Below are positions 39,411-48,840 of a DNA stretch of 64,000 nucleotides, in pieces. The stretch covers positions 13,038 to 77,037 of the forward strand of contig JANQFA010000022.1 in the NCBI GenBank assembly GCA_028278065.1, given 5' to 3'. The first letter of the stretch is position 1. Each line of letters begins with the position of its first letter. The notes beneath the pieces are model-generated. The model saw only the letters and a list, made by a program, of their open reading frames with translations, was not told the origin of the DNA and ran no database searches. The stretch is from Myxococcota bacterium (GTDB lineage: Bacteria > Myxococcota_A > UBA9160 > JAFDET01). Position numbers and translations under genes: made by a program.

Positions 39411-41756
39411 TCACGGCCCGCCGCCCAGGAGGGCCGCCACGATCGCCGCGTAGACGTTGGCGATGATGCTCTGGCTCTCCGGGGCCGACGCCTCGCGCTG
39501 GTCGTCGGCCATGTCCTCGGCGAAGTCCAGCACGAGGAAGTGCTTGCCATCCGACACTTCGTAGTGGGGCGTGTCGAAGTCGACCTGCACGAAGGGGTTG
39601 TCGAAGCGCTGGTAGCCGGCCAGCGGCTTCGCGTCCCCGGCCACGACCAGGTCGCCCTCCCAGCCGAACTCGACCAGGCCCTGGCTCGGTGACGCGTAGT
39701 CCACGTCGAATCCGTGGGCGGCCGGAGTGATGGTGACCAGGCCGTCGTCGAAGGCCGCCATGAACGCGGCGAAGCCGCCCGGCCACTCGTCCACGCTTCC
39801 GCACTCGGTGATCCAGACGTTGTCGGGGCCACCTTCGGCCACCAGGTCGAAGTCGAGCCCACCGTTCTGGAAGACCTCCGGCTGGCCCCCGCGCCAGCTC
39901 ACGTCGCGCCACGAGTAGAGCGCCACATACGCGTCGTCCTTCCTTCCGAAGGTCCACCTGCCGCTGCGCACCACCTCGTCGAAGTGCGCGACGGGGAAGT
40001 AGGCGTGGGTCTCGGCCCGGTACTCGAAGCCGGCGATGGAGGGCTTGAGCGGGGCGTAGATCTCGACCGACACGTTCTCGTGCTGGGCCGCACGCGGCTG
40101 CGCCCCGTAGCCCGTCCAGTAGCCGGGGCCCGGCTCGTCCTCCCGCTGCCAGTTCCAGTCGGGCGGAATCGGATCGCCGGGCCCGAGCGGCAGATCGGTG
40201 ATGCCCGGATGGGTCGTGAAGACCATCGCCTGCTCGGAGAGGGTCGCCTGGCTGATGTGCGTCTGCGACCCGCGCAGGCCCTTCCGGTAGTCCTGCGCCG
40301 TCGACATCATGTAGTGCCGCGTCCGGTAGGTGTAGGTGTTCACCTCCTTCAGGACCGACTCGTTGATGAACTGCCAGATGCCGGTCGCCAGCCCCTGGGC
40401 ATTGATGATCGACTGCTGCACGTCGTCGTCGTTCCAGACCACGTCGTAGAGGTCCTTGAAGGCCGAGAACTGCGAGTCGAAGAGATCCTCGCGGGTACCC
40501 ACGATGAGGCTGCTGGGCAGGATCTGCCAGACGGCCTGGGCCGCCATCGACCAGTAGAACGGGATGTACTCCTCGTCGTCGTCCGGCAGCGGTTCGCCGG
40601 GCGGGAACACCCGGTCCTTGAAGTCCGCGTACGGGAACTCGCCGTAGGGGGCCACCGGCTCCGGAGCCGTCGCCGGGTCGAGGGGGGGCTCCTCGTCGAG
40701 CGGCAGGTTCATGCGCTCGCGATCCACCATCGGCTCGTCCCAGCGCGCGATCTGGCGGATCGCCTCCGGCAGCCGGTAGCGCTTGGCGCGGGCCAGCGAG
40801 GCCGCCGTCGCGCTGCCGCGACTCCCGTACGGCTCGTCGGTGTCCTCGAAGAGCATCTTGGCCGCGTCGAAGGTGTCCTCGGTCGTCGCCGAAGCCTTGT
40901 CCTTGATGTAGGAGCGCCCGTGGGTGGCCCCGAAGGTGCCCCGGTGGAGGTGCAATGCGATGTCCAGCAGCACCAGGTCGAGCACCATCGAGGCGCGCCG
41001 TGAGAGATCCTCGTCCTCCACCCACTCCACCAGCGAGAGCAGAGGGCGGAAGTCGAGGTTGTAGTAGACGTTCGAGTGCCACTCGGTGAATCCGAAGCGG
41101 GCCCGCTCCATCAGCCACTCTTCGATGAAGGGCCGCGCCGCGGCCTGGTGCTCGGCCCCGGTCATCCCCGTCACAGTGAAGACCCGGTCCGGGTAGAGCT
41201 GGCCCATCAGGTACTCGCAGGTCTTGAAGATCAGGATGTGGTTCTCGCTCCAGTACCACATCTCGTCCACGACCCGGTCGCCGGGGCAGGGCGGCGCGGA
41301 CATGTCGTTGCAGCGCTCGGGCGTCGGGTGGGTGTACCAGTACTTGAAGTCGAACATCGCCTGCTCGATGGCCTGCCAGAGATCCTCGCTGGCGGCGGGA
41401 TGGCCGCGGAAGGCGTAGAGCAGGTCCACGAAGCGCAGGGCATCGAAGTCGCTCGTGTCCTTGAGCCGCCACATCTTCGAGAAGACGCCGTCGAAGGCGT
41501 CGTCGGGGATCGACCCGGGCGCGACCGAGTAGCGGACGTCGCGTGCCTCACGCTCGAGATGGGCGATCACGTTGCCCACCGAGCCGGGCGACAGCGGGGT
41601 CTCGGTCGCGTAGTCGAGCCAGTCCATCTGCCGCTGCCAGAACCAGGACGAGTTGGCGAAACCGTCGAGCGACAGCGGACACGCCATCACCAGGAGCGCC
41701 GTGGCGCCGAGCGCAAGGCTGCGGAGGAAGGAGGGTCGGGGGCTCTCTGCACGCAT
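39411..41756 (-). CDS. Large secreted protein of unknown function (possible alpha/alpha-toroid + beta-sandwich, heparinase II/III-like)
   Basis: Internal ATG at 41756 gives a signal-like N-terminus (SLALGATALLVMAC). Motifs WYWSENHILIF, TEWHSNVYY and GATHGRSY resemble polysaccharide-lyase N/H/Y sites. The fold assignment is not verified. Confidence 0.45.
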   Translation of the reverse strand: MRAESPRPSFLRSLALGATALLVMACPLSLDGFANSSWFWQRQMDWLDYATETPLSPGSVGNVIAHLEREARDVRYSVAPGSIPDDAFDGVFSKMWRLKDTSDFDALRFVDLLYAFRGHPAASEDLWQAIEQAMFDFKYWYTHPTPERCNDMSAPPCPGDRVVDEMWYWSENHILIFKTCEYLMGQLYPDRVFTVTGMTGAEHQAAARPFIEEWLMERARFGFTEWHSNVYYNLDFRPLLSLVEWVEDEDLSRRASMVLDLVLLDIALHLHRGTFGATHGRSYIKDKASATTEDTFDAAKMLFEDTDEPYGSRGSATAASLARAKRYRLPEAIRQIARWDEPMVDRERMNLPLDEEPPLDPATAPEPVAPYGEFPYADFKDRVFPPGEPLPDDDEEYIPFYWSMAAQAVWQILPSSLIVGTREDLFDSQFSAFKDLYDVVWNDDDVQQSIINAQGLATGIWQFINESVLKEVNTYTYRTRHYMMSTAQDYRKGLRGSQTHISQATLSEQAMVFTTHPGITDLPLGPGDPIPPDWNWQREDEPGPGYWTGYGAQPRAAQHENVSVEIYAPLKPSIAGFEYRAETHAYFPVAHFDEVVRSGRWTFGRKDDAYVALYSWRDVSWRGGQPEVFQNGGLDFDLVAEGGPDNVWITECGSVDEWPGGFAAFMAAFDDGLVTITPAAHGFDVDYASPSQGLVEFGWEGDLVVAGDAKPLAGYQRFDNPFVQVDFDTPHYEVSDGKHFLVLDFAEDMADDQREASAPESQSIIANVYAAIVAALLGGGP

Positions 41757-41886
41757 GACCGACCATTCTAGTCCGGCGACACCCCCGAGCCATGGCCCAC
41801 CGGCAAGACCCCACGGAGACGAGCGATTCGTCGGGGCCTTTCCCGCACTCGGAGCCGCGCCGGACCTTCGAATCGGCTCCGCCATC

Positions 41887-42705
41887 TCAGTCTTCCGCGG
41901 ACACGACCTCGCCGTCCCGCACCACGGGCAACCAGTCGTTCACGGGATTCGAGATCCAGCGGCCGCCGATCTCGACGCCCCGATCGACTGTTCCCGCCGC
42001 AGCGCAGTGCCAGACCATGGCCGCGCGGATCCCGTCGGAGACATTGTCGGTCGAGCGATGCATGAGGTGGCTGTCGAAGACCAGCAGATCGCCCGGCGAG
42101 AGCAGGCACGGCGTGGCGCCGCTCATCTCGTGATCGACGATCTCCATGTAGCCGTAGAGCGACCCCGGGCGCGCGTCGGGAACGTGGGCGTGCACCGGCT
42201 CGGCGTGGCTTCCGGGCAGCACATGGAGGCAGCCATTCTCGAGTGTTGCCTCGGTCACCGCCAGCCACAGCCCCACCACGGGCCGCGCCGGCTCGAAGGG
42301 GAAGTAGTACTGGTCCTGATGCCAGGGCTGTCCCCAGGCCCCCGGGTTCTTGAAGATGAACTGGGAGAGGAAGCAGTCCACGTCGGGACCGATGGCGTCG
42401 ACCAGGATGCGGGTCACGCCCGGATCCGCGAGGAAGCGCCGGAAGCTGCCGCGCCGGTGCAGTCGGAAGATCTTGGAGACCAGATCCTCGGGAAGCTCCC
42501 CGCTGAAGCCGGGCTGGCTCTCGTTCATGACGATCGCGGGCGCCACGCCCCGGCCCGCGGCCGCGTCCCGGGCGATGGCCACGACCTCGTCCAGCATGGC
42601 CTCGCCGACCGCCTGCTCGGCGAAGCGCTCGAAGAGGACGAATCCGGGCCGGTCGCGCTCGCGCAGATCGGCGGCGATTCCGCTGGTATCCGGGCTCATC
42701 ACCAC
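41887..42705 (-). CDS. Phytanoyl-CoA dioxygenase (PhyH) family Fe(II)/2-oxoglutarate oxygenase
   Basis: WHQDQYYF carries the HxD facial triad. The distal His is in DSHLMHRS, and the length of 272 aa fits the family. Confidence 0.8.
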   Translation of the reverse strand: MVMSPDTSGIAADLRERDRPGFVLFERFAEQAVGEAMLDEVVAIARDAAAGRGVAPAIVMNESQPGFSGELPEDLVSKIFRLHRRGSFRRFLADPGVTRILVDAIGPDVDCFLSQFIFKNPGAWGQPWHQDQYYFPFEPARPVVGLWLAVTEATLENGCLHVLPGSHAEPVHAHVPDARPGSLYGYMEIVDHEMSGATPCLLSPGDLLVFDSHLMHRSTDNVSDGIRAAMVWHCAAAGTVDRGVEIGGRWISNPVNDWLPVVRDGEVVSAED

Positions 42706-42773
42706 GCGGCGAGGTTAGCCCGCCGCCAGTCGGCCCCGCAGCCCACCGGGCGTCCGCGCTAAGCTCGCGCGCG

Positions 42774-45446
42774 ATGCGCGCCGTACCGCTCGCCCTGCTG
42801 CTGATCGTGCTGCTTCCGGTCGGTGACGCCGCGGCCGAGCTGTTCGCCGGACAGATCAGCGCCGCCAACGCCCATCGGCGCCGGGTGGGCGGACCGGACG
42901 CCATCGCGGGTCTGGGAGACTGGGCTCTCTCGAACGGAACGCTCTGCGCGGCGCTGGCCGATCCCGATCACGAGACGGTCCTCTCCCAGCGCGGCGGCAT
43001 CCTGGTAGACCTTGGGCACTGTGGACGCGGCGACGACCAGTTCGTGCAGCTCCAGTCGCTCTTCAACTTCTCGCGCAGCAACATCCCGCCGACCAGCGAG
43101 CTCTTCACCGAGGTCGAGGATGGCGAAGCCCGGGTCGTGACTGCGGGCGAGATGGCCGGCGTGCGCTTCCGCACGGTCTATGCCCTCGACGAAGACGAGC
43201 CGGAACGCATGCGCGTCACGAGCCGCGTCGAGCGCACCGAGCCGGGGGATGCGTTCTTCCTGTTCGGCGACGTGGTGCTGCACGGGACCGCCTCCCTCCA
43301 GGCCTTCACGGCCAACACCACCGACCCGTCCCTCAACATCGGGTGGAGCCACCCTCCCGTCGATCCCGACCGGGTATTCACGATGATGCGCGCCATCCAG
43401 ACGACCGATCTCCAGGTCCTGGTCGCCGGCGGCGCGCCCAGGCCCGGTATCTCCTACGGCCTGCGCCTGGGCCCGTCCTACCGGGTGCGGCGCGACGGCA
43501 CGCGCGAGTCGCTCCCTTCCATGGGTCTCAATGGCGACGACTTCACCATCCTGGGCGTGTTCTCGAACGCCCTTCGCTTCGGAGGCGGACGCATCGGGTT
43601 GATCGAGCTGGCCCAGCTCCCCTTCATGGACCTCCAGGTCGGGGAGACGCTCGTCTACGAGCGCCATCTCGTGGTCGGCGGCCGCTCGGACGTCTCCTCG
43701 GTGACCGATCGCATCTGGAGGGACGCCCCCCGGCTGACGGGCTGGGTCGACGATCCCGGGGTGCGCATCGCCGCCATCCGCGCCGACCGTGCCCCCATGA
43801 CCGACGTCCGTCCGGACGAGGACGGGAACTTCGCCCTGCGCCTGCCCCCGGGCGAGTACGTGCTGCGTGCGACCAGCCCGGACGCACGCGAAGTGGAGCG
43901 GCGCATCGAGGTCGTCGAGGGACGAGACACGGAGCTCGCGCCGCTGGTGATGGGCGTGCCGGCCCGCGTCGCGCTGCCTCCGATCGCACCGGCGCGCCTC
44001 GTCTTCCTCGGGGTCGATGGCACACCCGACCCGCGCTTCGGCAGCGACGGAATCGTGCTGCGCTTCGGAGACCGCGAGTTCCTGGACAGCGGCGAGACGA
44101 ACCAGATCTTCCTGGGCGGCGTGGCCGACGATCCGATGGACGTCCTTCTCGCACCCGGACGCTACCGGGTCCTGGCCACGCGCGGTCCGGAGTTCACCGT
44201 GACCGAAGCCAGCCTGGTCGTTCCGGGCGCCGGCGAGCGGGTCCACCTCGAAATCGACCCGCCGATGCGCGTGCCCGACACGCGCGGCCGGCTGTCCGCC
44301 GACTTCCACGTCCACGCCGAACCCAGCGACGACTCGACCCTGCCGATGCGCCTGCGCCTGGCGGGATTCGCCGCAGAAGGGGCGGACGTGCTGGTGGCCA
44401 CCGACCACGACCGGGTGAGCGACTACGGACCCCTCGTACGCGAGATGGGACTGGCCGGACGCATGGCCGCCGTCATCGGCTCCGAAATCACGACCACGGT
44501 CCACGGCGGAGCCACGCCGTGGACCTCGGGCCACTACAACGCATGGCCCCTGCGGCGGATGCCTCTCCGCTACCGGGACGGAACGCCACGCCACGAGGGA
44601 CGCCGCCTGCGCGAGGTGGTCGCCGAGCTGGGCAAGGCCCAGCCGGCGGCCCTGGTGCAGCTCAACCACCCGCGCAGCCGCGAGCGGAGCGACCTCAGCT
44701 TCTTCACCCACCTGTCGGTGGGGAGCACCCTCGACCCCAGGCGACCCCTGACGCGCGCTCCCAACCGGCCGCTCGTCCAGCCGGATCCGGAGAGCGGGGT
44801 GCGGGACATCGATTTCCACGCCATGGAGCTTCTCAATGGGAACGACATGGAGGAGTATCGCCTGGTGCGCGCGGACTGGCTCTCGTTCCTCCTGCAGGGC
44901 GAGTTCCGCGCGGCGACCGCCAACAGCGACACCCACACGAGCCGTCGCACGGTCGCGCTCCCCCGCAACCTGGTACGCATGCCCGGCGCTCGCGCGGGCT
45001 CCCTCGACGAGGCCGCCTTCGCACGCGCGGTGCGCAGCGGGCACCTGTGCGGCACGACCGGACCGATCCTCGACGTGACGATGGGTGGCGCCGCCCCTGG
45101 CGAGACCGCGCGGGTTCGCGAGGCCGAGCTCCGGGTCACGGTCGAGGCTGCCCCCTGGGTTCCGGTCGAACGGGTCAGCGTGTACGTGGACGGCGACCGG
45201 GTCGCGAACGTCCCGATCACCGCCGGCGAGACCCTGTCCGTTCCGCTGCGCTTCGAACGCGACGGCTTCGTGTTCGTCGAAACGTGGGCCGAGCCCCGCG
45301 AGCCCTACAGCGCGGTGGCACCGGGCTTCACGCCCTTCGCCTTCTGCAACCCGATCTTCGTGGACGCCGACGGCGACGGCCTGTGGAGCGCGCCGGGCCT
45401 GCCCACGATCCTGCCCGCCGCCATCTCGGCGCCCGGCTCCATCTAG
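42774..45446 (+). CDS. Secreted multi-domain protein with CehA/McbA-type PHP metallohydrolase domain
   Basis: Signal peptide, a CarboxypepD_reg-like segment (DGNFALRLPPGEYVLRA), and PHP motifs SADFHVHAEPSDDS, VATDHD and NHPR. Confidence 0.6.
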   Translation: MRAVPLALLLIVLLPVGDAAAELFAGQISAANAHRRRVGGPDAIAGLGDWALSNGTLCAALADPDHETVLSQRGGILVDLGHCGRGDDQFVQLQSLFNFSRSNIPPTSELFTEVEDGEARVVTAGEMAGVRFRTVYALDEDEPERMRVTSRVERTEPGDAFFLFGDVVLHGTASLQAFTANTTDPSLNIGWSHPPVDPDRVFTMMRAIQTTDLQVLVAGGAPRPGISYGLRLGPSYRVRRDGTRESLPSMGLNGDDFTILGVFSNALRFGGGRIGLIELAQLPFMDLQVGETLVYERHLVVGGRSDVSSVTDRIWRDAPRLTGWVDDPGVRIAAIRADRAPMTDVRPDEDGNFALRLPPGEYVLRATSPDAREVERRIEVVEGRDTELAPLVMGVPARVALPPIAPARLVFLGVDGTPDPRFGSDGIVLRFGDREFLDSGETNQIFLGGVADDPMDVLLAPGRYRVLATRGPEFTVTEASLVVPGAGERVHLEIDPPMRVPDTRGRLSADFHVHAEPSDDSTLPMRLRLAGFAAEGADVLVATDHDRVSDYGPLVREMGLAGRMAAVIGSEITTTVHGGATPWTSGHYNAWPLRRMPLRYRDGTPRHEGRRLREVVAELGKAQPAALVQLNHPRSRERSDLSFFTHLSVGSTLDPRRPLTRAPNRPLVQPDPESGVRDIDFHAMELLNGNDMEEYRLVRADWLSFLLQGEFRAATANSDTHTSRRTVALPRNLVRMPGARAGSLDEAAFARAVRSGHLCGTTGPILDVTMGGAAPGETARVREAELRVTVEAAPWVPVERVSVYVDGDRVANVPITAGETLSVPLRFERDGFVFVETWAEPREPYSAVAPGFTPFAFCNPIFVDADGDGLWSAPGLPTILPAAISAPGSI

Positions 45447-45465
45447 ACTGGACTGCGACGACCGA

Positions 45466-45882
45466 ATGCCCGCCTGCATCTTCTGCGCGATCGTGGCCGG
45501 CGAAGCGCCGGCCCACCGGGTGGCGGAAGACGAGCACGTCCTGGCCTTCATGGACCTCTTCCCGGTGAGCGAGGGACACACCCTGGTGATCCCCCGAGCC
45601 CACGCCGAGAACCTCTTCGAGATCGACGAGGCCTCGGTGCGCGCCGAGTCGGCCCTCGCCCGCCGGCTGGCCCTGGCGATCCGCGAGGAGCTGGCTCCGG
45701 ACGGCCTGGCGGTGTACCAGGCCAACGGGGCGGCGGCAGGGCAGACCGTCTTCCACTACCACACGCACCTGATTCCGAGGCGCGCCGGTGACCCGATGGG
45801 GTTCCACGGCCGGGCCCGGGGCGACCCCGAGGCGTTGGCAGCGATGGCGGCCCGGCTCTCCGCGCGGCTGCGCGACGTCTAG
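45466..45882 (+). CDS. HIT family nucleotide hydrolase/transferase
   Basis: ATG at 45466. CIFCAIV followed by the histidine triad HYHTHLIP. Its stop overlaps the convergent kinase stop in CTAG. Confidence 0.88.
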   Translation: MPACIFCAIVAGEAPAHRVAEDEHVLAFMDLFPVSEGHTLVIPRAHAENLFEIDEASVRAESALARRLALAIREELAPDGLAVYQANGAAAGQTVFHYHTHLIPRRAGDPMGFHGRARGDPEALAAMAARLSARLRDV

Positions 45883-47567
45883 GCGCCCCCTTCGGGTGCG
45901 GCGGCCGGCTCTCCCTCCTCCGCGGCAGGGATCCACAGCCGGAATACGGCGCCGCCTCCCTCACGGCGGTCCGCCGAGAGGCGCCCGCCGTGCTGGCGCG
46001 CCAGGTCGTAGGAGAGGGACAGGCCCAGGCCGGTTCCCTTGCCCGGCGGCTTGGTCGTGAAGAACGGGTCGAAGAGGTGGGGCAGCGCCTCGTCGGAGAT
46101 CCCGCTGCCGCGATCCCACACCTCGAGCAGGACGCCGGGCGCCCTGGGCCCGATGACGACGTCGATGTCGGGCTCGTCGTCACTCGCCTGGAGCGCGTTG
46201 ACGAGGAGGTTCAGGACGATCTGGATCAGCTGCGTCTCGATTCCCGCCACAGGCGGAGAGGGAGCGGCGTCGATGCGGATCGCGTCTGGCCCGAAGCCCA
46301 CCCGTGCCATCTCGGCCGCGCGCTCTGCGACGCGCTCGAAGGAGACCGGACGCACCTCGTCGCTGCCCGCATCCTGGCGAGCGAACGAGCGAAGCCGGTC
46401 CACCAGGTCGGCGATCTGCTCGACGCCCTCGCGGGTCTCGGCGATCACCTGCTCGGCTTCGTCGACGCTCAGGCAGACGGGTCCGCCCACCCGCCGGATC
46501 ATCTCGTCCGAAGCGATCTTGCGGGCCAGATCGTCGAGCTGTGACAGGTTGCTGCGAATCCACGCGAGCGGGTTGTTCACCTCGTGGGCGATCCCCGCGG
46601 TGAGGAAGCCCACCGTCTCCAGCCGTGCCGCAAGCTGGAGGCGACGCGCAGCCCGCTCCGCCCCGGTGCGGTCCGTCAGGATCGCGCCGGTCCCCACGAC
46701 GCCCATTCCCGTCTCGAGCGGGAAGCGGCGCACCTCGATGCTGCGGTCCGGATGGCGGAGCGCCTGGTCCAGGAGGGCGTCGAGCTCCCCACCGAGCAGG
46801 CGAGGCTCGCGGAGCAGCCGATGCGCTGCCGGATTGGCCACCACGACCTCGCCCGAGATGTCGGAGACGAGCACTCCCGCGTCGAGCTGATCGAGGAGAT
46901 CGCCGCGTCCGAAGGGAAGGTGGGAGGCCAGCCCCGCGTCGACCACGCCGGCGCGCAGCAGCAGCCCGCCGAGCCCCAGCAGGATCGGCGTCGGGTCGAG
47001 AGGGCCCACCATTCCGGCCAGGTAGAGAGCGTTCCCCACCAGGGGCACCGCGCTCCCCGTGCTGAGTGCGAGGAAGGCACCACTGCTCGCGTGCCGCAGC
47101 CGCCGCGCCACGGCCGCGAAGCAGGCGACCCCCGAGACGATCAGCAGCCAGCTCCAGACCAGGTTGCCGAGGAAGAGCGGACCCCGCGTGACCCCCCCCT
47201 CCTCGTACAGGTTGTAGGCGTCGGGCGCCCAGAACAGGCTCGAGTAGAAGAAGGCGCTGGGCACGACGCAGAGGGCCGCCAGCCAGCTGCTCCCGCGGCG
47301 GCCCACGCCGCGGTATGCCTGCAGGGCCAGCCAGAACCAGGAGACGGGAAGGAAGATCGCGCCCAGGTAGAGCGCCCGGCGCAGGATCCACACCTCCCGC
47401 GCGTCGCTCGTGTTCTGGAGCAGCAGCTCCGCGCCCGACCAGATCGCGGCGCAGACCGCCATCGCACCCAGGGCGTAGCTCCTGCCTCGGCCTGCCGACA
47501 GGAAGGGATCGAGCGCCAGCCAGCCGCAGACCGCGATCGTGAACAGGAGCCCCAGCTCGTACAGCAT
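45879..47567 (-). CDS. Orphan sensor histidine kinase (multi-TM N-terminal sensor, PAS-like, HisKA, HATPase)
   Basis: Internal ATG at 47567. About 6-7 hydrophobic helices, H-box [11 protein letters not shown]-boxes DRGSGI and GTGLGL. No adjacent response regulator. Confidence 0.85.
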   Translation of the reverse strand: MLYELGLLFTIAVCGWLALDPFLSAGRGRSYALGAMAVCAAIWSGAELLLQNTSDAREVWILRRALYLGAIFLPVSWFWLALQAYRGVGRRGSSWLAALCVVPSAFFYSSLFWAPDAYNLYEEGGVTRGPLFLGNLVWSWLLIVSGVACFAAVARRLRHASSGAFLALSTGSAVPLVGNALYLAGMVGPLDPTPILLGLGGLLLRAGVVDAGLASHLPFGRGDLLDQLDAGVLVSDISGEVVVANPAAHRLLREPRLLGGELDALLDQALRHPDRSIEVRRFPLETGMGVVGTGAILTDRTGAERAARRLQLAARLETVGFLTAGIAHEVNNPLAWIRSNLSQLDDLARKIASDEMIRRVGGPVCLSVDEAEQVIAETREGVEQIADLVDRLRSFARQDAGSDEVRPVSFERVAERAAEMARVGFGPDAIRIDAAPSPPVAGIETQLIQIVLNLLVNALQASDDEPDIDVVIGPRAPGVLLEVWDRGSGISDEALPHLFDPFFTTKPPGKGTGLGLSLSYDLARQHGGRLSADRREGGGAVFRLWIPAAEEGEPAAAPEGGA

Positions 47568-47681
47568 TGCGGGTGTGTCTTCGGCACATCGGACGTCAGG
47601 ATTGACCGAAGGCCGGGCGAGCTGCGCACGAGTTGCCGGTGGGCACGGAGCCGCCCGCAACGGTCCCGCCCGTGCGGGCCC

Positions 47682-48521
47682 TCAGCCGGCCGCCACCCAG
47701 TCCAGCTCGTTGAAGCCGGACTGGGAGACGAGCACGCGCTCTGCTCCAAGCACCCGCCGCAGGGTCTCCACGGCCGCGTCGGCGTAGCCGGGCTCGGCCC
47801 AGTCGCCGTGACCCAGCACTCGGAGCTGCTCCAGCGCGACGCGGCTCCGCCGCCCTCCCGCACCGTCGCCGCGGAAGAAGTCGTCGACCACCACGCGCTG
47901 GACCCAGGGGTCGAGCAGCCGGGCCAGACGCTCGGGATCGCAGGGCAGGAGGGGGGCGAGCGCCGCCTGGGTGCGCACACCTGCCTGCTGCAGGCGCTGC
48001 AGGGCGCCGAGGCGCAGCGCCGTCGAGGGCGCATTCGGCTCCAGGGCGCGGCGCACTGCCTCGTCATCGGTCGCCACGGTCATGCTGACGACCAGGCGCG
48101 GGATGCGGGCCAGGAGATCCGCGTCGCGCGCCACGAATGGGCTTCGCGTCTGGACGACCAGCGCCAGCGGCGGCCGCCGCGCCATCACCTCGAGGCAGCC
48201 GCGGGTCAACCCCATGTGCCGCTCCAGCGGGGTGTAGGGATCACTTACCGACGAGCAGAAGATGCGGGCGTCGTCGAGGCCGCCCCGCTCGGCGACCCGG
48301 GCCAGCAGCTCGGGGGCGTTCTTCTTGGGGGCGATCCAGGCGGACCAGGGCAACCGCTCCGGACTGGTGCGCTGAGGCATCATCTCGCGCACATAGCAGT
48401 AGCGACAGGAGAACTCGCAGCCCGAGTAGGCCTGCAGGGTGTGGCTGAAGCCGGACAGGTACCCGCCCGTGGGCGTCAGGATCGAGCGCGCCTCGCGGAC
48501 GAAGATGCGCGCGCGGGACAT
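47682..48521 (-). CDS. Radical SAM protein, SplB-like (DNA repair photolyase family COG1533)
   Basis: ATG at 48521. The product MSRARIFVREARSILTPTGGYLSGFSHTLQAYSGCEFSCRYCYV has the family-typical N-terminus and a CX3CX2C motif. Confidence 0.7.
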   Translation of the reverse strand: MSRARIFVREARSILTPTGGYLSGFSHTLQAYSGCEFSCRYCYVREMMPQRTSPERLPWSAWIAPKKNAPELLARVAERGGLDDARIFCSSVSDPYTPLERHMGLTRGCLEVMARRPPLALVVQTRSPFVARDADLLARIPRLVVSMTVATDDEAVRRALEPNAPSTALRLGALQRLQQAGVRTQAALAPLLPCDPERLARLLDPWVQRVVVDDFFRGDGAGGRRSRVALEQLRVLGHGDWAEPGYADAAVETLRRVLGAERVLVSQSGFNELDWVAAG

Positions 48522-48552
48522 CGGGCCAGAATAGCGCCGGCTGCCGGTCGCC

Positions 48553-48800
48553 CCGCAGCGAACGAGGATCGCCTGCCCGGCGCGGACCCGCAGCGAACGA
48601 GGATCGCCTGCCCGGCGCGGACCCGCAGCGAACGGGGATCGCCGTCCGGCGCGGACCCGCATCGAACGGGGATCGCCGCCCGGCGCGGACCCGCAGCGAA
48701 CGGGGATCGCCGCCCGGCGCGGACCCGCAGCGAACGAGGATCGCCGCCCGGCGCGGACCCGTAGCGAACGAGGATCGCCGCCCGGCGCGGACCCGTAGCG
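48553..48800. repeat. Non-coding tandem repeat array, 7 full units of 34-35 bp plus a partial unit
   Basis: The unit is CCGCAGCGAACGAGGATCGCC(T)GCCCGGCGCGGAC. Boundaries are 48553, 48588, 48623, 48657, 48691, 48725, 48759 and 48793. Units abut with no spacers, and the period is not a multiple of 3. Confidence 0.95.
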
Positions 48801-48840
48801 GCGGTAGCGCCGACGCCCCGGCTCGTGGCAGCATCGCCGG

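Noticed and set aside
48553-48800. Considered whether the 34-35-bp repeat array is a CRISPR locus.
   Set aside because: Units abut directly with no unique spacers. No cas genes or leader are nearby, and the repeats differ by point mutations as in a minisatellite.
48801-48840. TGGCAG-catc-GCC upstream of the lipoprotein gene as a sigma-54 promoter.
   Set aside because: The GG-to-GC spacing is 2 nt too short, the -12 TTGC element is missing, and no enhancer-binding protein gene is nearby.
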